Positions 11,332-22,243 of a stretch of 64,000 nucleotides of DNA are shown here, in pieces. The stretch's first letter is position 1. The number at the start of each line of letters is the position of its first letter. A program made the translations under genes and the position numbers. The stretch comes from Sphaerodactylus townsendi (lineage: Eukaryota): assembly GCF_021028975.2 (NCBI RefSeq), contig NC_059439.1:22878001-22942000 (forward strand), in the 5' to 3' direction. A model generated the notes under the pieces. That model ran no database searches. It was not told the origin of the DNA and saw only the letters and a list, made by a program, of their open reading frames with translations.

Positions 11332-11472
11332 GGCCCCTTCCGCACAGGCAAAATAATGCGTTTTCAAGCCACTTTCACAACTGTTTGCAAGTGGATTTTG
11401 CTATTCCGCACAGCTTCAAAGAGCACTGAAAGCAGTTTGAAAGTGCATTATTCTGCATGTGCGGAATGAGCC
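11332..11472. mobile_element. Harbinger-type MITE (AT-rich family)
   Basis: AGA|GGCCCCTTCCGCAC ... GTGCGGAATGAGCC|AGA. Confidence 0.92.
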
Positions 11473-12500
11473 AGAGTAAATTAGGGTAGGTAAGTTCCTG
11501 TCTCCCATTTTACAACTGACAGTTGCATAATGTTGATTTAAACACCTATTTAACTCTAGACTTAATTGTTTTACGCTCTTCCCTTTAGATAGTAATATCT
11601 ACTTCAAATGCAAAGCTACAAATGGCTTATGGAGGGATTCTGCTGAGGCTGGGTGCTGGGCTGGCATTGCTGATAATTCATGCAACCTCTTAGAGTTTGT
11701 AGACAGAAGAAATAGAATAGAATCACTTACCAGATATGTGGCGATTCATCCCATTGGAGCAATATGCCCCCCAAAAAACAAACACCCTTTGATTAAATGT
11801 CCAGAATGGCCTATTATTCCACCCATGCAATATTTAACTCAAACACTTCCAGTCTCCATTTTTCTAAGTATGCTTGCATTGATTCATTTGTCCTTTCTTC
11901 TCACCTAGGCTACACCATGACAAAGAAGACGCACTGACACAATGGTTTCTAATTCGTTTAGGTCCTTTGTATTACCATGACCAAATGCTTCCTTGAAAGG
12001 TTATCTCCAAAGACTTGACCAACTTGGGAAAGCTTTTCTAGTACAAACATGAAAAAAAAAACATTCCCAAAAAGTACTGAAGTTTTCTGAGTTTATTCTC
12101 TCCATGGATTTGCATTTAAGCAATACTAAGAGAATGCCTCTGAGAATCAAACCATAAATGAACTTAGGAAGCATGTATAATTCACAATTATTAGAGTACG
12201 TTCCCTCATTAAAAGCTATTACAGTTCAGTTGGAATTTAATTTTAATTTTTCCGTCTACCATGTTTGACTCATTACTGCTTATAATTTGAAAATTCTGAT
12301 CATGGATATAGTTCAGATCCTGATGTATTACTCTCACAGTTTTAGCTATAGATAATCATGCTCTAGCTTGGAGTATCTCGGGAGTATTTAATGGGCAGTT
12401 GGTGTGTTATCACTACCAGTCATAGAATTCTAAATAAGCAGGTAATATAGAAAAATTAAAAATTTCTGTGATATCATGCAATGTATAGCAGAATGTGTAT

Positions 12501-13140
12501 TAGGGGTGAGCACCATTTTTTTCAGAATTTTTCAGATTTAAGTATAATTGACCCCAACATTTTTGGTAAATCTGAAACAAGCCAAATACCGTACTGATAG
12601 GTTTTGTGTGTGTGTGTGTGTGTGTGTGTGTTGGCTTTTTTCAGATATGTGAAATTTTTCAGATCCATTACACTCTATGGGAAATATTTGCAGAGTTTGT
12701 GGTGGGGGGAGGGCATTAGAGGTAGAAGCACCAAATTTACAGCTTAACTGCTGGTGACTTTTCATATGGGCACTTCCAAGCATTTCCATTTTCCCTCCAT
12801 TTGGGGGACAATAAAATTTGACCTTCTGACCAAATCTGGGAGATCTTCCAAGTCACCAGCATCTATGCTGCAATTTGTTGGGGGGGGGGGGGAAAGCCCT
12901 TCCAAGAGCCCCAGAAAAATTGCCTATAATCTATAATAGAGCAGAGGGGTTTAAGGGTTCCTTTTGAAGCCCATGAAAAATCCTGAAAAGCTGAAAAAAT
13001 CATTTTTGTTTGTTTGTTTTGGCTTTTCAGCTGTGGCTTTTTCCAACTTCTATCAAAATCCATCTTTTTAAGCTAAAAACAAAATTGAAAATTGAAATTC
13101 AGGTTTACTTTTGTTCATGATTGCCTAATTCTCATCCCTA
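12501..13140. mobile_element. Old non-autonomous DNA transposon, hAT-like termini, with an internal (GT)n
   Basis: TAGGGGTGAG ... CTCATCCCTA terminal inverted pair; TSD not clear; similar decayed elements at ~28150-28545 and ~47976-48545. Confidence 0.45.
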
Positions 13141-13493
13141 ATGTCTGCTGAAATAGTAGTGTATATCTAACTGCACAGGCATTGTAAACTGAATGAGTAA
13201 CTGTATACACTAAGATTTCAGTCCAGTAGCACTCAGAGACCAACTAGTTTATTGGGATATCAGTTTTTGAGAGTCAAAATCCCCTTTATCATGGATTTCC
13301 TCAATCAGAAAGACTGAGGATCGTGTGTGTGTAATTGACATTACTGGAACAAAAGTTTCCTCACATAAAAATAATACCGATAGCTGATTTCAGTGCAATA
13401 GTGGTTAATGATATCTCATATCTCATTAGGAGATCAGGACTTGACCAGGAAGAGTTACAAGTAATTTCCACCCCTTCTTTTAGGTGATCAAAG

Positions 13494-13685
13494 CAGAGGT
13501 GGGATCCAACCAGTTCTCACCACTTCTCTAGAAGTGGTTACTAATTTTTTCTGAGTGCCGAGAAGGGGTTACTAAAGCAACTTCCCTGCCCAATAGGGAC
13601 TGGAGGTGTGTGTATGCAGTGGTGCCACTTTTTGAGTCCCACCACCATCGGAACCTGTTATTAACATTCTTGGATCCCACCACTG
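13494..13685. mobile_element. hAT MITE
   Basis: TIRs CAGAGGTGGGATCCAA / TTGGATCCCACCACTG; 8-bp TSD GATCAAAG on both sides. Confidence 0.93.
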
Positions 13686-13913
13686 GATCAAAGGATATTG
13701 TCTCTAGACCCTGCTGGCATTAGTCTGGCCAGATTTTCTTTTTTTCAATTTAACAACATTTGGCTAAATGGATTAGTAAATTTTGAGAACTTGGATGAAC
13801 TTGGAATTAACATTAAAAACTTCGGAAGATCCAGCCAAAGTCTGTACAGTTTATGCAGATTTTAAAATGTATACTTTTGCATAAAACCACAGAACACATA
13901 ATAAATTCTTGGT

Positions 13914-14855
13914 TCATCTCCAGTAGAAGCAATTTCTCAAGGCCGCCTTCACATCTTTGTTTCGTAGCGTGTAGATAAAAGGGTTCAGCAATGGAGTCAC
14001 AATAGTACTCAGGATGTTCACAATTTTGGTCATTTCTGAAGATGTCCGTTTAGAAGGCTTGACAAACAGAAAGATGGTGGCACTGTACCATATCATCACA
14101 ACCGCAAGATGCGAAGAGCATGTAGAGAAAGCCTTTTGCTGTCCTTTGGTAGAAGGGATGTGCAGAATGGTGGAAATGATGTATATGTAGGAAAGAAAGG
14201 TTATCAAGCATGAGCCCAAGATGACAACGAACGATATCACAAATGCTGCCATCTCAATGGCATAGGTGTCAGTGCAAGAGAGGACTATCCAGGAATCAAT
14301 ACTACAGTAAAAGTGGTTAATCACATTGGGCCCACAGAAGGACAGTCTTGTGATGAGAAAAGCTGGTATGCAAATAACAAGGAATCCACACAGCCAAGAG
14401 CTGAGTGCCAGTTTACCAGAGAGGCTGAGGTCCATTATGGTGCTGTAGTGCAGAGGGTAACATATGGCCAAATATCGGTCATAAGCCATAGCCGATAGCA
14501 GGAAATATTCTGTGAGCCCAAGGGCAAAAACAAAGTACATTTGTAGAATGCAGCCAGTGAAAGAGATGTTTCTGCTCCTCCCTAGAATAATGGCCAGGGC
14601 CTTAGGAATAGAAGCTGTTGTGTACCATATCTCCAGGAAAGAGAGATTGCAAAGGAAGAAATACATGGGAATGTGGAGGCGCTGGTTTGCTATCACTAGA
14701 ATAAAGATGGTCACATTTCCCAATACGGCAAGGATATACATAACTAGAAAGAGTGTAAAGATGAACTGTTGTAAATATTGAGACCCAGGGAAACCAAGAA
14801 GGATAAAATAGAGCACTCTCGTATCATTCTGTCTATCTAGGTTGTGCTCCCTCAT
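13914..14855 (-). CDS. Olfactory receptor, intact, 313 aa (OR6-like; related to the 1749 OR)
   Basis: All OR motifs present; the likely start is MREHN at 14855, after the acceptor tttcaacAG at 14871-14870; NDT sequon. Confidence 0.97.
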   Translation of the reverse strand: MREHNLDRQNDTRVLYFILLGFPGSQYLQQFIFTLFLVMYILAVLGNVTIFILVIANQRLHIPMYFFLCNLSFLEIWYTTASIPKALAIILGRSRNISFTGCILQMYFVFALGLTEYFLLSAMAYDRYLAICYPLHYSTIMDLSLSGKLALSSWLCGFLVICIPAFLITRLSFCGPNVINHFYCSIDSWIVLSCTDTYAIEMAAFVISFVVILGSCLITFLSYIYIISTILHIPSTKGQQKAFSTCSSHLAVVMIWYSATIFLFVKPSKRTSSEMTKIVNILSTIVTPLLNPFIYTLRNKDVKAALRNCFYWR

Positions 14856-15146
14856 TTGTCCTTTTTTACCTGTTGAAACAAATACCTGAATTAACATACT
14901 GGCATTTATAAATCACACTTTTATTTGTGACACTGAAGGAAAGCAAAGTCTAACAAATCTTCCTCTTATAACCTTATGAACAGAGGAAGCTTTAACCTAG
15001 TTAAAAACATGGTGTTATGCTGAGATTTATTTGGGTTAAGAAGATGTCACACCCAAACTGATCTCACCTGCTGAGAAGAGATACATTTCAGTGGATCACT
15101 GATGGGCCAGGTGAATTGGGAGAGGATTCTCAGACTTGCTCTAAGT

Positions 15147-15647
15147 CAGTGGTGGCGAACCTATGGCACGGGTGCCAGAGGTGGCACTCAGAGCCCTCTC
15201 TGTGGGCACATGCAAATAGAATGCCCCACCCCCCACACATTTAGGCTGGCCTGGGCCAATGGGCTCAATTATTAGCATTAAACCTAAGACCTAGTTTTGG
15301 GGAAGCAGTGTAGGGAACCCTGTTAAGCACTTTTAAACCCCACTGATTTTCATGCGAAGACCAAAACCGCAATCCTTTACACCTGGGAATAAGCTCAGTT
15401 GCTGGCAATGGGGCTTGCTTCTGAGTAATCCCTCCTAGGGTCGTGATTCACCCGTTGGAAGACTTGCATGGTTGCTTCAAAGCAGCCACCAAGTGACTCC
15501 TGAGTAATGCACACCTTGGAGCCAACCATTTTTTCTAAACTAAAACCTCAGTATTCAGGTTAAATTGCCGTGTTGGCACTTTGCGATAAATCAGTGGGTT
15601 TTGGGTTGCAGTTGGGCACTCAGTCTCAAAAAGGGTCGCCATCACTG
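15147..15647. mobile_element. hAT (Charlie-like) non-autonomous transposon, 501 bp
   Basis: TIRs CAGTGGTGGCGAACC / GGGTCGCCATCACTG; 8-bp TSD CTCTAAGT; the empty site (single CTCTAAGT) is in the paralog at 9095-9102. Confidence 0.95.
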
Positions 15648-16005
15648 CTCTAAGTGTTCTTCTTCTCATGTGAATGTTTTCGCCTCATTCTATGTTATTT
15701 GACTGCAGTTGTAAAATGAACTCACAGTCTCTTCATGAACTGAGGTAATGTTTTAGCAAATTTCCTTATACATTCCCGATGTTTTGTGATTGCATGTGAT
15801 TGCTCTGTGTGGACATCTAGATGTTAGATTCACCAGATAATATCCTGCCACTCTTGTGGAGGAGTGGGGAATTAAACCCTGTTCTCCAGATTGGAGTCCG
15901 CTTGCTCTTAACACCTGCACCATGCTGGCTGGGTCACTGGCGTTATTGGTAATTTTTGAAACCTCTCTGAATTTGTAGACAGAAATGATAGAATAGAATC
16001 ACTTA

Positions 16006-16135
16006 GGCTGATTCCGCACACGCAGAATAATGTACTTTCAAGCTGCTTTCAGGGCTCTTTGAAGCTGTGCGGAATGGCAAAAACAGTTGTGAAAGCAGCT
16101 TGAAAGTGCATTATTCTGCGTGTGCGGAATGAGCC
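16006..16135. mobile_element. Harbinger-type MITE (AT-rich family)
   Basis: TTA|GGCTGATTCCGCACACGCAG ... GTGCGGAATGAGCC|TTA; empty site aatcacTTAccag in the paralog at 11721-11733. Confidence 0.95.
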
Positions 16136-16827
16136 TTACCAAATATACGGTGGTTAATATAGAGCAATATGCCAAAAAGAAAAAAAAAAGAGAGCAATAT
16201 ACCAATCTTCCCCCTTTGATTTAATATTCATAATGGTCTATTATCCCACTCATGCAATATTTAACACAAACACTCCTGGTCTCCATTTTTCTAAGTATGT
16301 TTGTATTGATTCATTTGCCTTTTTTCTTACCTAGTCTAAATGGTGAGCGAGAGGTCTGCCGACACACTCGTTTCTAATTCGTTAAAGCTCTTTATATCAC
16401 CATAACCAAATGCTCCCTTGAAAGGTTATCTCCAAAGACTACATCGACTTGTGAAAGCTCTTTCTAACAGTTTTTGCACAAGTATAAAAAATAACATTTC
16501 CCATGAAGCTCTGATGTCTTTTGAGTTCAATTCTCTCCATGGATTTGGATTTAAACAATACAAAGAGAATGCCCGAGAGAATTACACAGTAAATGCTATG
16601 GTAGTATGCTATTGAGATGTAAGTCGCTGTCTCCCATTGTTCTCAGGCTGCTAGGAATGTCATTATATGAGTATTGTTTATAATTTGTGATGTTATTTTA
16701 TGATTATTGTTGGTTATTATGCGATGTTATGGGATGTAGTGATGTATTATGTTGATGCTGTACTATTATAAATCCAATGTCGGCAAGCTGTATGTATTAC
16801 AGCTAGGATGTTGGGTTAAAATACTAT

Positions 16828-17290
16828 GGCCGTGTCTGCACGGGCAATTCAGGGCGGCCTGGAGACGGTAAAAACACCGTCTCCAGGCCGCCATTCGCAC
16901 AGGGGGCACAGCTGCAACACAGCTGCGCCGCCCTCGCGCCGCCCGGCCGGCCTGAAGGCGGCGTTTCCCCAGAGCGCTTCCCAGCGCTCTTTTGAAGCCG
17001 CATGGCGCTAAACGCTACCCGGCCGAATGGCATGACTTCATGCGCCTCCCCACCGGCACTCACCTTCTCGGGCCTCCGTGGCGCCGGGGACTATCACCTC
17101 GCCTCTGCGCCTGCTTCAGGCGGGCAGGGCTAAGCGTCCCCAGGCCTCGGCGACGCCAGGCCCGAGGTGTAGAACCCGAATTCGGCTGCCCAGTTGCGCC
17201 CGGCTCGTGGCGCCGGCTGCCCAGGCTACTTCAAGGACCGTCCATGCAGGCTCGTCCCAGCGTCGCCAGGTCGGCGCCAACGCCGATATT
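16828..17290. mobile_element. GC-rich Harbinger-type element (one TIR recognisable; degraded or error-rich)
   Basis: Starts TAT|GGCCGTGTCTGCACGGG; aaaacaccgtctccaggccgccattcgcacagg matches the 38777 element; right end unclear. Confidence 0.65.
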
Positions 17291-18378
17291 CATTTATTTA
17301 TTCATGCCATGTTATGCCATGTTATTCAATTCCTGTTTATTTAATCATGGACAATCTAAAGTAAAGTATAATCAAATCTCTCAGCAAGCATGTATTGTTC
17401 GTAATTATTATTTATTTTATTTATATTTATATTTATTTATATTTCAAATTTATAGGCCGCCTCTTCCCCAAGGGGCTCGAGGCGGCTTCCAACATGGCTG
17501 TTCTCTGACAGCAGCTCCAACAGCATAAATTAACACATTTAAAATCCAGCATAAATTAACACATTTAAAATCCAGCAACAATCATATACAATTTAAACAA
17601 TAAACCAATAAAACGGTAAAAACGGGCGCCCAATCCCAAGGCTAAAAGGGAGAATTAAATAATAGAAGAGGAAAAAGGGGGGAGCGGCGGCCCCAGATAG
17701 AATCAACAGTGTTCCTTATTACTGTTCCTTATTAAAAGCCTGTTCAGTTGGATTTTAATTTTAATTTTCCAGTCTGCCATGTTTGTTTCATTACCACTGA
17801 TAATTTGAAATTTCTGATCCTAGATATAATTCAGATTCTTCAGTATAATTTATTGCTCTCCCAGATGGGCAGCCTCACCCAAGGTGCCGGCCACCTGGCC
17901 TTGGTGACATGGCTGTCCCAACCCATCAGTACCAAAGTGGCTTCCCAGCAACATGGGGAGACTTAAAATGCTGAAAGTCTCCCTGCCACCAAAAAGACCC
18001 CATTGGGCTGAACAAACCTATGTCAACCTTTATTATTTTTTAAAAAAAGTTTTGTATTAAGTTTTTAAGCAACTACACAACATAACTAAAACAATATATG
18101 CAGTTCTATGGTGAGCCAGTCACCCTAATACTAAAAAACTATGGTACTTACACAGTAATACCAGAAAAACAACAACGATTTGACTTCCTTCCTAGGACGC
18201 ATTGCAAAATCTATTTTCTTTTTATCCTGTTATAGGAGTTAACCCACTGATTTAGTTCTTCTTTTCCTGTTTTGGTTGTTCTAACTGCCATCTATTTATA
18301 GATTTATTTGTATGATTGATACCATTGAATTCCTTTGCTTCGTGCTATGTTGCATATTTGAAAAACTTTATTATAGTT

Positions 18379-18412
18379 TGGGTGCTGTGTGGTTTCCGGG
18401 CTGTATTATATT
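18379..18412 (-). mobile_element. Micro-insertion of a Penelope pLTR end
   Basis: tgggtgctgtgtggtttccgggctgtat flanked by the 12-bp direct repeat TTTATTATAGTT (18367-78 / 18413-24). Confidence 0.8.
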
Positions 18413-19738
18413 TTTATTATAGTTGACGTTCACCACTTAGGAAGCATGCTTGAAATATATTGGGTAATGGCTCTCCTTAAAGTAATTTTATCTGCTGTTC
18501 AAAGATAATATCTGATCAACTCTTGGAAACTAGAGGCTCCAGACTTATATGAGCCCTGGGTGTAGACCTTCAGCTGGTGATGAGGGAGGTGACATAGCTT
18601 GGTGGCTTGGCCTGGGCTGCCTTTTTCCTCTTTTTTCTCCTATGAGCACTTTGCCTCCAATCTTCAGGTATTTTCTACCTGGGAGCTGGAAACACTATCT
18701 CTTTTCCACCAACAGTCAACATACCTTTATCAGTCTGTTTTAAGCTTTCCCTCTTTGCACTCTCAGCAACCTGTATGTAGGAAAAATGGCTCTTTTTTTT
18801 GGTGGCAGGTGCTGGACCAGGCCTATTTACATGGTAGGGAAACCTCAAGGACCTGAGGGGAGGTATCTCACTTTCCCCTCTGTCTCCTTGCTACACTAGT
18901 TGCTCTTCCTGTCCCTGTGACATTCTCTGCTTCTTAGCCATTCACTTTTATCTGCCCCCATCCTCAGCCATATTTATTATTTATTCACTTATTTTGTACC
19001 TTTCTTCCCACTAGAGACCAAAGCAGCTTACATTATTTTTTCTCCTCCTTTTTATTCACACAAGTTTGTGTGGTAGGTTAGGCTTAAAACATTTGAATGG
19101 CAGCCAATCACCCAATGAGCTTCCACAGAAAGATGGACATTTGAATAGCAAAGTGAGAGGCTTGGATTCTGATCTGAACTGATTTTTACCAGGATTTTCC
19201 CCCTTAGAAATCCACAGGAGACCAGAAATTGGATAAGTTTTAATACTTTTATTGAACAAAATAATAAATGTTATACACTCAGGTTGTCAAAAATACACAT
19301 GCTTAAACATACAGAGAGACAGAGACAGAGAGACAGAGACAAAGAGGGAGGGAGGGAGGGAGGGAGGGAGGGAGAAAGATATTCAAGAAGTCCAGGAGTT
19401 AGATTCAAAAGTAATTCCATTGCTGGTTGCTCCTTCATGCAAGGAGATTTCCACTGGAGAGCTTCACTGTTCGGAGAACAGAAGCACCTATTTATTAAAG
19501 ATTTATGTCTGATTGAAGGTCAGAGACCAAATCTTTCTTAGTGTGACTAACTAGGGAAGTGGAGATAATATCAGGCTTCCGAAGCAGTTGGGAAGGCAGC
19601 TGGCCTGGACAACAGATCAACCAATTGATTTGCAGCAATCACCATGTTATCACCACCATTCATAGGTCAATAGACTTATCAAGGAAGGTCAAGGGATCTA
19701 TTGTCTCTGGAAGAAAAACTCTGGAAGGTAATGTCTAA

Positions 19739-19846
19739 GGCCCTATCTGCACATACAGAATAATGCACTTTCAATCCACCTTCAATGCTCTTTGCAGCTA
19801 TGCGGAATAGCAAAATCCACTTGCAAACAATTGTGTGGAAGGGGCC
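19739..19846. mobile_element. Harbinger-type MITE (AT-rich family, shortened)
   Basis: TAA|GGCCCTATCTGCAC ... GTGTGGAAGGGGCC|CAA. Confidence 0.85.
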
Positions 19847-20480
19847 CAACAAATGGAAGCAAGCTGGAACACTCATTGTCTGTCCATATCATGCAGTCTC
19901 GCAACAAACAACTGCCTACTGGGAAATCTGTGAACCGCCTCTGGTCTTTTCTTCACAGCACAAACAAAATGTTTGCAGGATGTTGGGGAGGGGGCAGGGA
20001 CAGCTTTTCTGCAGGTCTTTTTCCACAAAACTGTTTGCAAACATTTTATTTTTGCTCAAAATGGTTCTTTCTTCTGAAAACACTAAACTAGGGTCTGTTT
20101 CACTAGGACCTGACATTTTGTGTTTTCCCACAATATGATTCTATTTTATCAATATGTTACATGCTTTAATTTTAAAAAAAAATGTTATGTTGCAGTACAA
20201 ATCTCCCATCTGAAACAGCAATAAAGTATTTTACATCTATTCTGATGATTTTTGTTAGCCTAGTATGTTCTGAGATGGCTTCACAGAGGGAACAACCCCA
20301 AGCAAATCTACTAAGATGTATACACCATTTAATTTGGTGGGGCTTATTCCCAGGAAAGTGTTCTTAAGAAATTTGAGGGAATATCTGCTATCACAAGTCC
20401 CACATTTTAAAAATCTGTACACATTGCTTAAAAGTTTACAAATAATAGGTTGGGGGCCTGCAATACATTAGGCTGACTAA

Positions 20481-20768
20481 GGGAGCAGCAGTGGCATAGG
20501 AGGTTAAGAGCTCATGTATCTAATCTGGAGGAACCGGGTTTGATTGCCAGCTCTGCCGCCTGAGCTGTGGAGGCTTATCTGGGGAATTCAGATTAGCCTG
20601 TACACTCCAACACACGGCAGCTGGGTGACCTTGGGCTAGTCACAGTTCTTCAGAGCTCTCTTAGCCCCACCTACCTCACAGGTGAGGGGGGAAGGGCAAG
20701 GAGATTGTAAGCCCCTTTGAATCTCCTGCAGGAGAGAAAGGGGGGATATAAATCCAAACTCTTCTTCT
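20481..20768 (+). mobile_element. tRNA-derived SINE (Squam3-like), near full length
   Basis: A box (GTGGCATAGGAGG) and B-box-like GGGTTTGATTGCC; gggtgaccttgggctagtcac core; ends tataaatccaaactcttcttct; close copy at 61900. Confidence 0.88.
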
Positions 20769-21247
20769 AATTCTGTATTGGCTAAAGGGTGAACTGACCA
20801 TCACTTCTCTTCATAAATCTTTTGAAGGTGGTTTCTGAAAATTCTAAGGTTCTCATCCTAATTCACTTAAAGGAATATCTGAAAGCGATACAGAGGTACT
20901 TTCTCAGTCAATTTTAAAAAATCACAAGGAAAGACACACAAGTTTTGACAGAAATAACAAGAGTTCTTATAAGGGTTCCATACATAGTAAATGTTCATTT
21001 GCTAGTGCCAACATGATGTAGTGGTTAAGACTGGGGAATTCTAATCTGGATAAATGTTCCCCTACCCCACTCTTCCACAAGAAGTCTACTGGGTAACCTT
21101 GGGCTAGTCACAATTCTCTCCAAACTCTCTCACCCCCACTTATACCTCATAAGTTGCTTGCTTTGGGAAGTCTACATTCAGTGCTTCATACATGGTCCTT
21201 TGATCTGATTTTGCTGTACAACTTCTCATACAAATTCCTAGCTTCAT

Positions 21248-22243
21248 TTATTCTTTTTTACACGTTTGGATAGATGACAAATAGTACTGAAGGTTTGAGA
21301 AAACTGAACCTTTACGCAGAAATTTAGTTAATACTTCTTGGACCTCCTTGTTTCTTAAACTGTACACAATAGGGTTAAACAGAGGGGTCAGAACAGTGTA
21401 CAGTAAGGAAAGGATTTTATTTAATTCCACTGACTGAGTTCCTATAGAGACACTGTATGTGACCCCTAGCATTCCATAGAAAATGGTTACAATGGTAAGA
21501 TGAGAACTGCAAGTGGAAAAGGCTTTCACCTTTCCAGAGGAAGATGGGATTTTGAGAATAGTTGATATTATCTTTATGTATGATGTAATGGTCAGGAGAA
21601 AAGGAAACAATGATACAGCAAAGCATGCCACAAAGATGGCCATCTCTGCTGGGTGAGTGTCAGAGCAAGACAGTTTCAACAAGGGGGTCAGGTCGCAGAA
21701 GAAATGATCAACTTGATTGGGTCCACAAAGGGTTAAAGATGTGGCTACAATGTAGTTCAACCCAGCAGCTAACAGGAAACCCCATAACCAGGTCCCAGCA
21801 GCTAATTTAAAGCAATAGCTCCAGTCCATCATTTTGGCATAATGCAGAGGGTTACAGATGGCCAGATAACGATCGTAGGACATCAGCAACAGGAGGAAGC
21901 ACTCAACAGTTCCCAAGGCACAAAAAATGTACAGCTGTATAAAACAACCTGTCAATGAAATGATTTTCTCCTTTCTCAGTAAATCCACGAGCATCTTGGG
22001 AGTGAGGTTCGCAGTATACCATATTTCCAGGAAAGACAGGTTGCCAAGGAAGAAATACATGGGTGTATGAAGCTTCTTATCCATAGATATGACAACTAAA
22101 ATGAGAAAGTTTCCTACTAACGTTATAAGATACACAGCCAAAAACAATGGAAACATTAAAAGCTGCCATTCCTGGAGAGTCCCAAAGCCGAGGAGTATTA
22201 ACAGATTCATTGCTGTTCCATTGTGCTGCTCATTGTTTTCCAT
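21248..22243 (-). CDS. Olfactory receptor, intact, 331 aa (OR6/10/11-like)
   Basis: LHTPMYFFLGNLS, MSYDRYLAIC, HFFCD, KAFSTCSSHL and PLFNPIVYSLRN motifs; NGT sequon. Confidence 0.97.
   Translation of the reverse strand: MENNEQHNGTAMNLLILLGFGTLQEWQLLMFPLFLAVYLITLVGNFLILVVISMDKKLHTPMYFFLGNLSFLEIWYTANLTPKMLVDLLRKEKIISLTGCFIQLYIFCALGTVECFLLLLMSYDRYLAICNPLHYAKMMDWSYCFKLAAGTWLWGFLLAAGLNYIVATSLTLCGPNQVDHFFCDLTPLLKLSCSDTHPAEMAIFVACFAVSLFPFLLTITSYIKIISTILKIPSSSGKVKAFSTCSSHLTIVTIFYGMLGVTYSVSIGTQSVELNKILSLLYTVLTPLFNPIVYSLRNKEVQEVLTKFLRKGSVFSNLQYYLSSIQTCKKE

Larger units (their letters stand above)
7683..17860. repeat. Tandem segmental duplication of an OR unit (~7683-12340 vs ~13831-17860)
   Basis: Collinear shared blocks: 3' flank ccagccaaagtctgtacagtttatgcag (7683/13831), CDS, 9061-9140 vs 15100-15146 plus 15656-15690, 9768-9920 vs 15693-15830, 11690-12150 vs 15960-16590, 12225-12340 vs 17740-17860. 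Confidence 0.92.

Noticed and set aside
20481-20560. tRNA gene (A/B boxes; also at 61900)
   Set aside because: It is the tRNA-derived head of a multi-copy SINE with body and tail attached.
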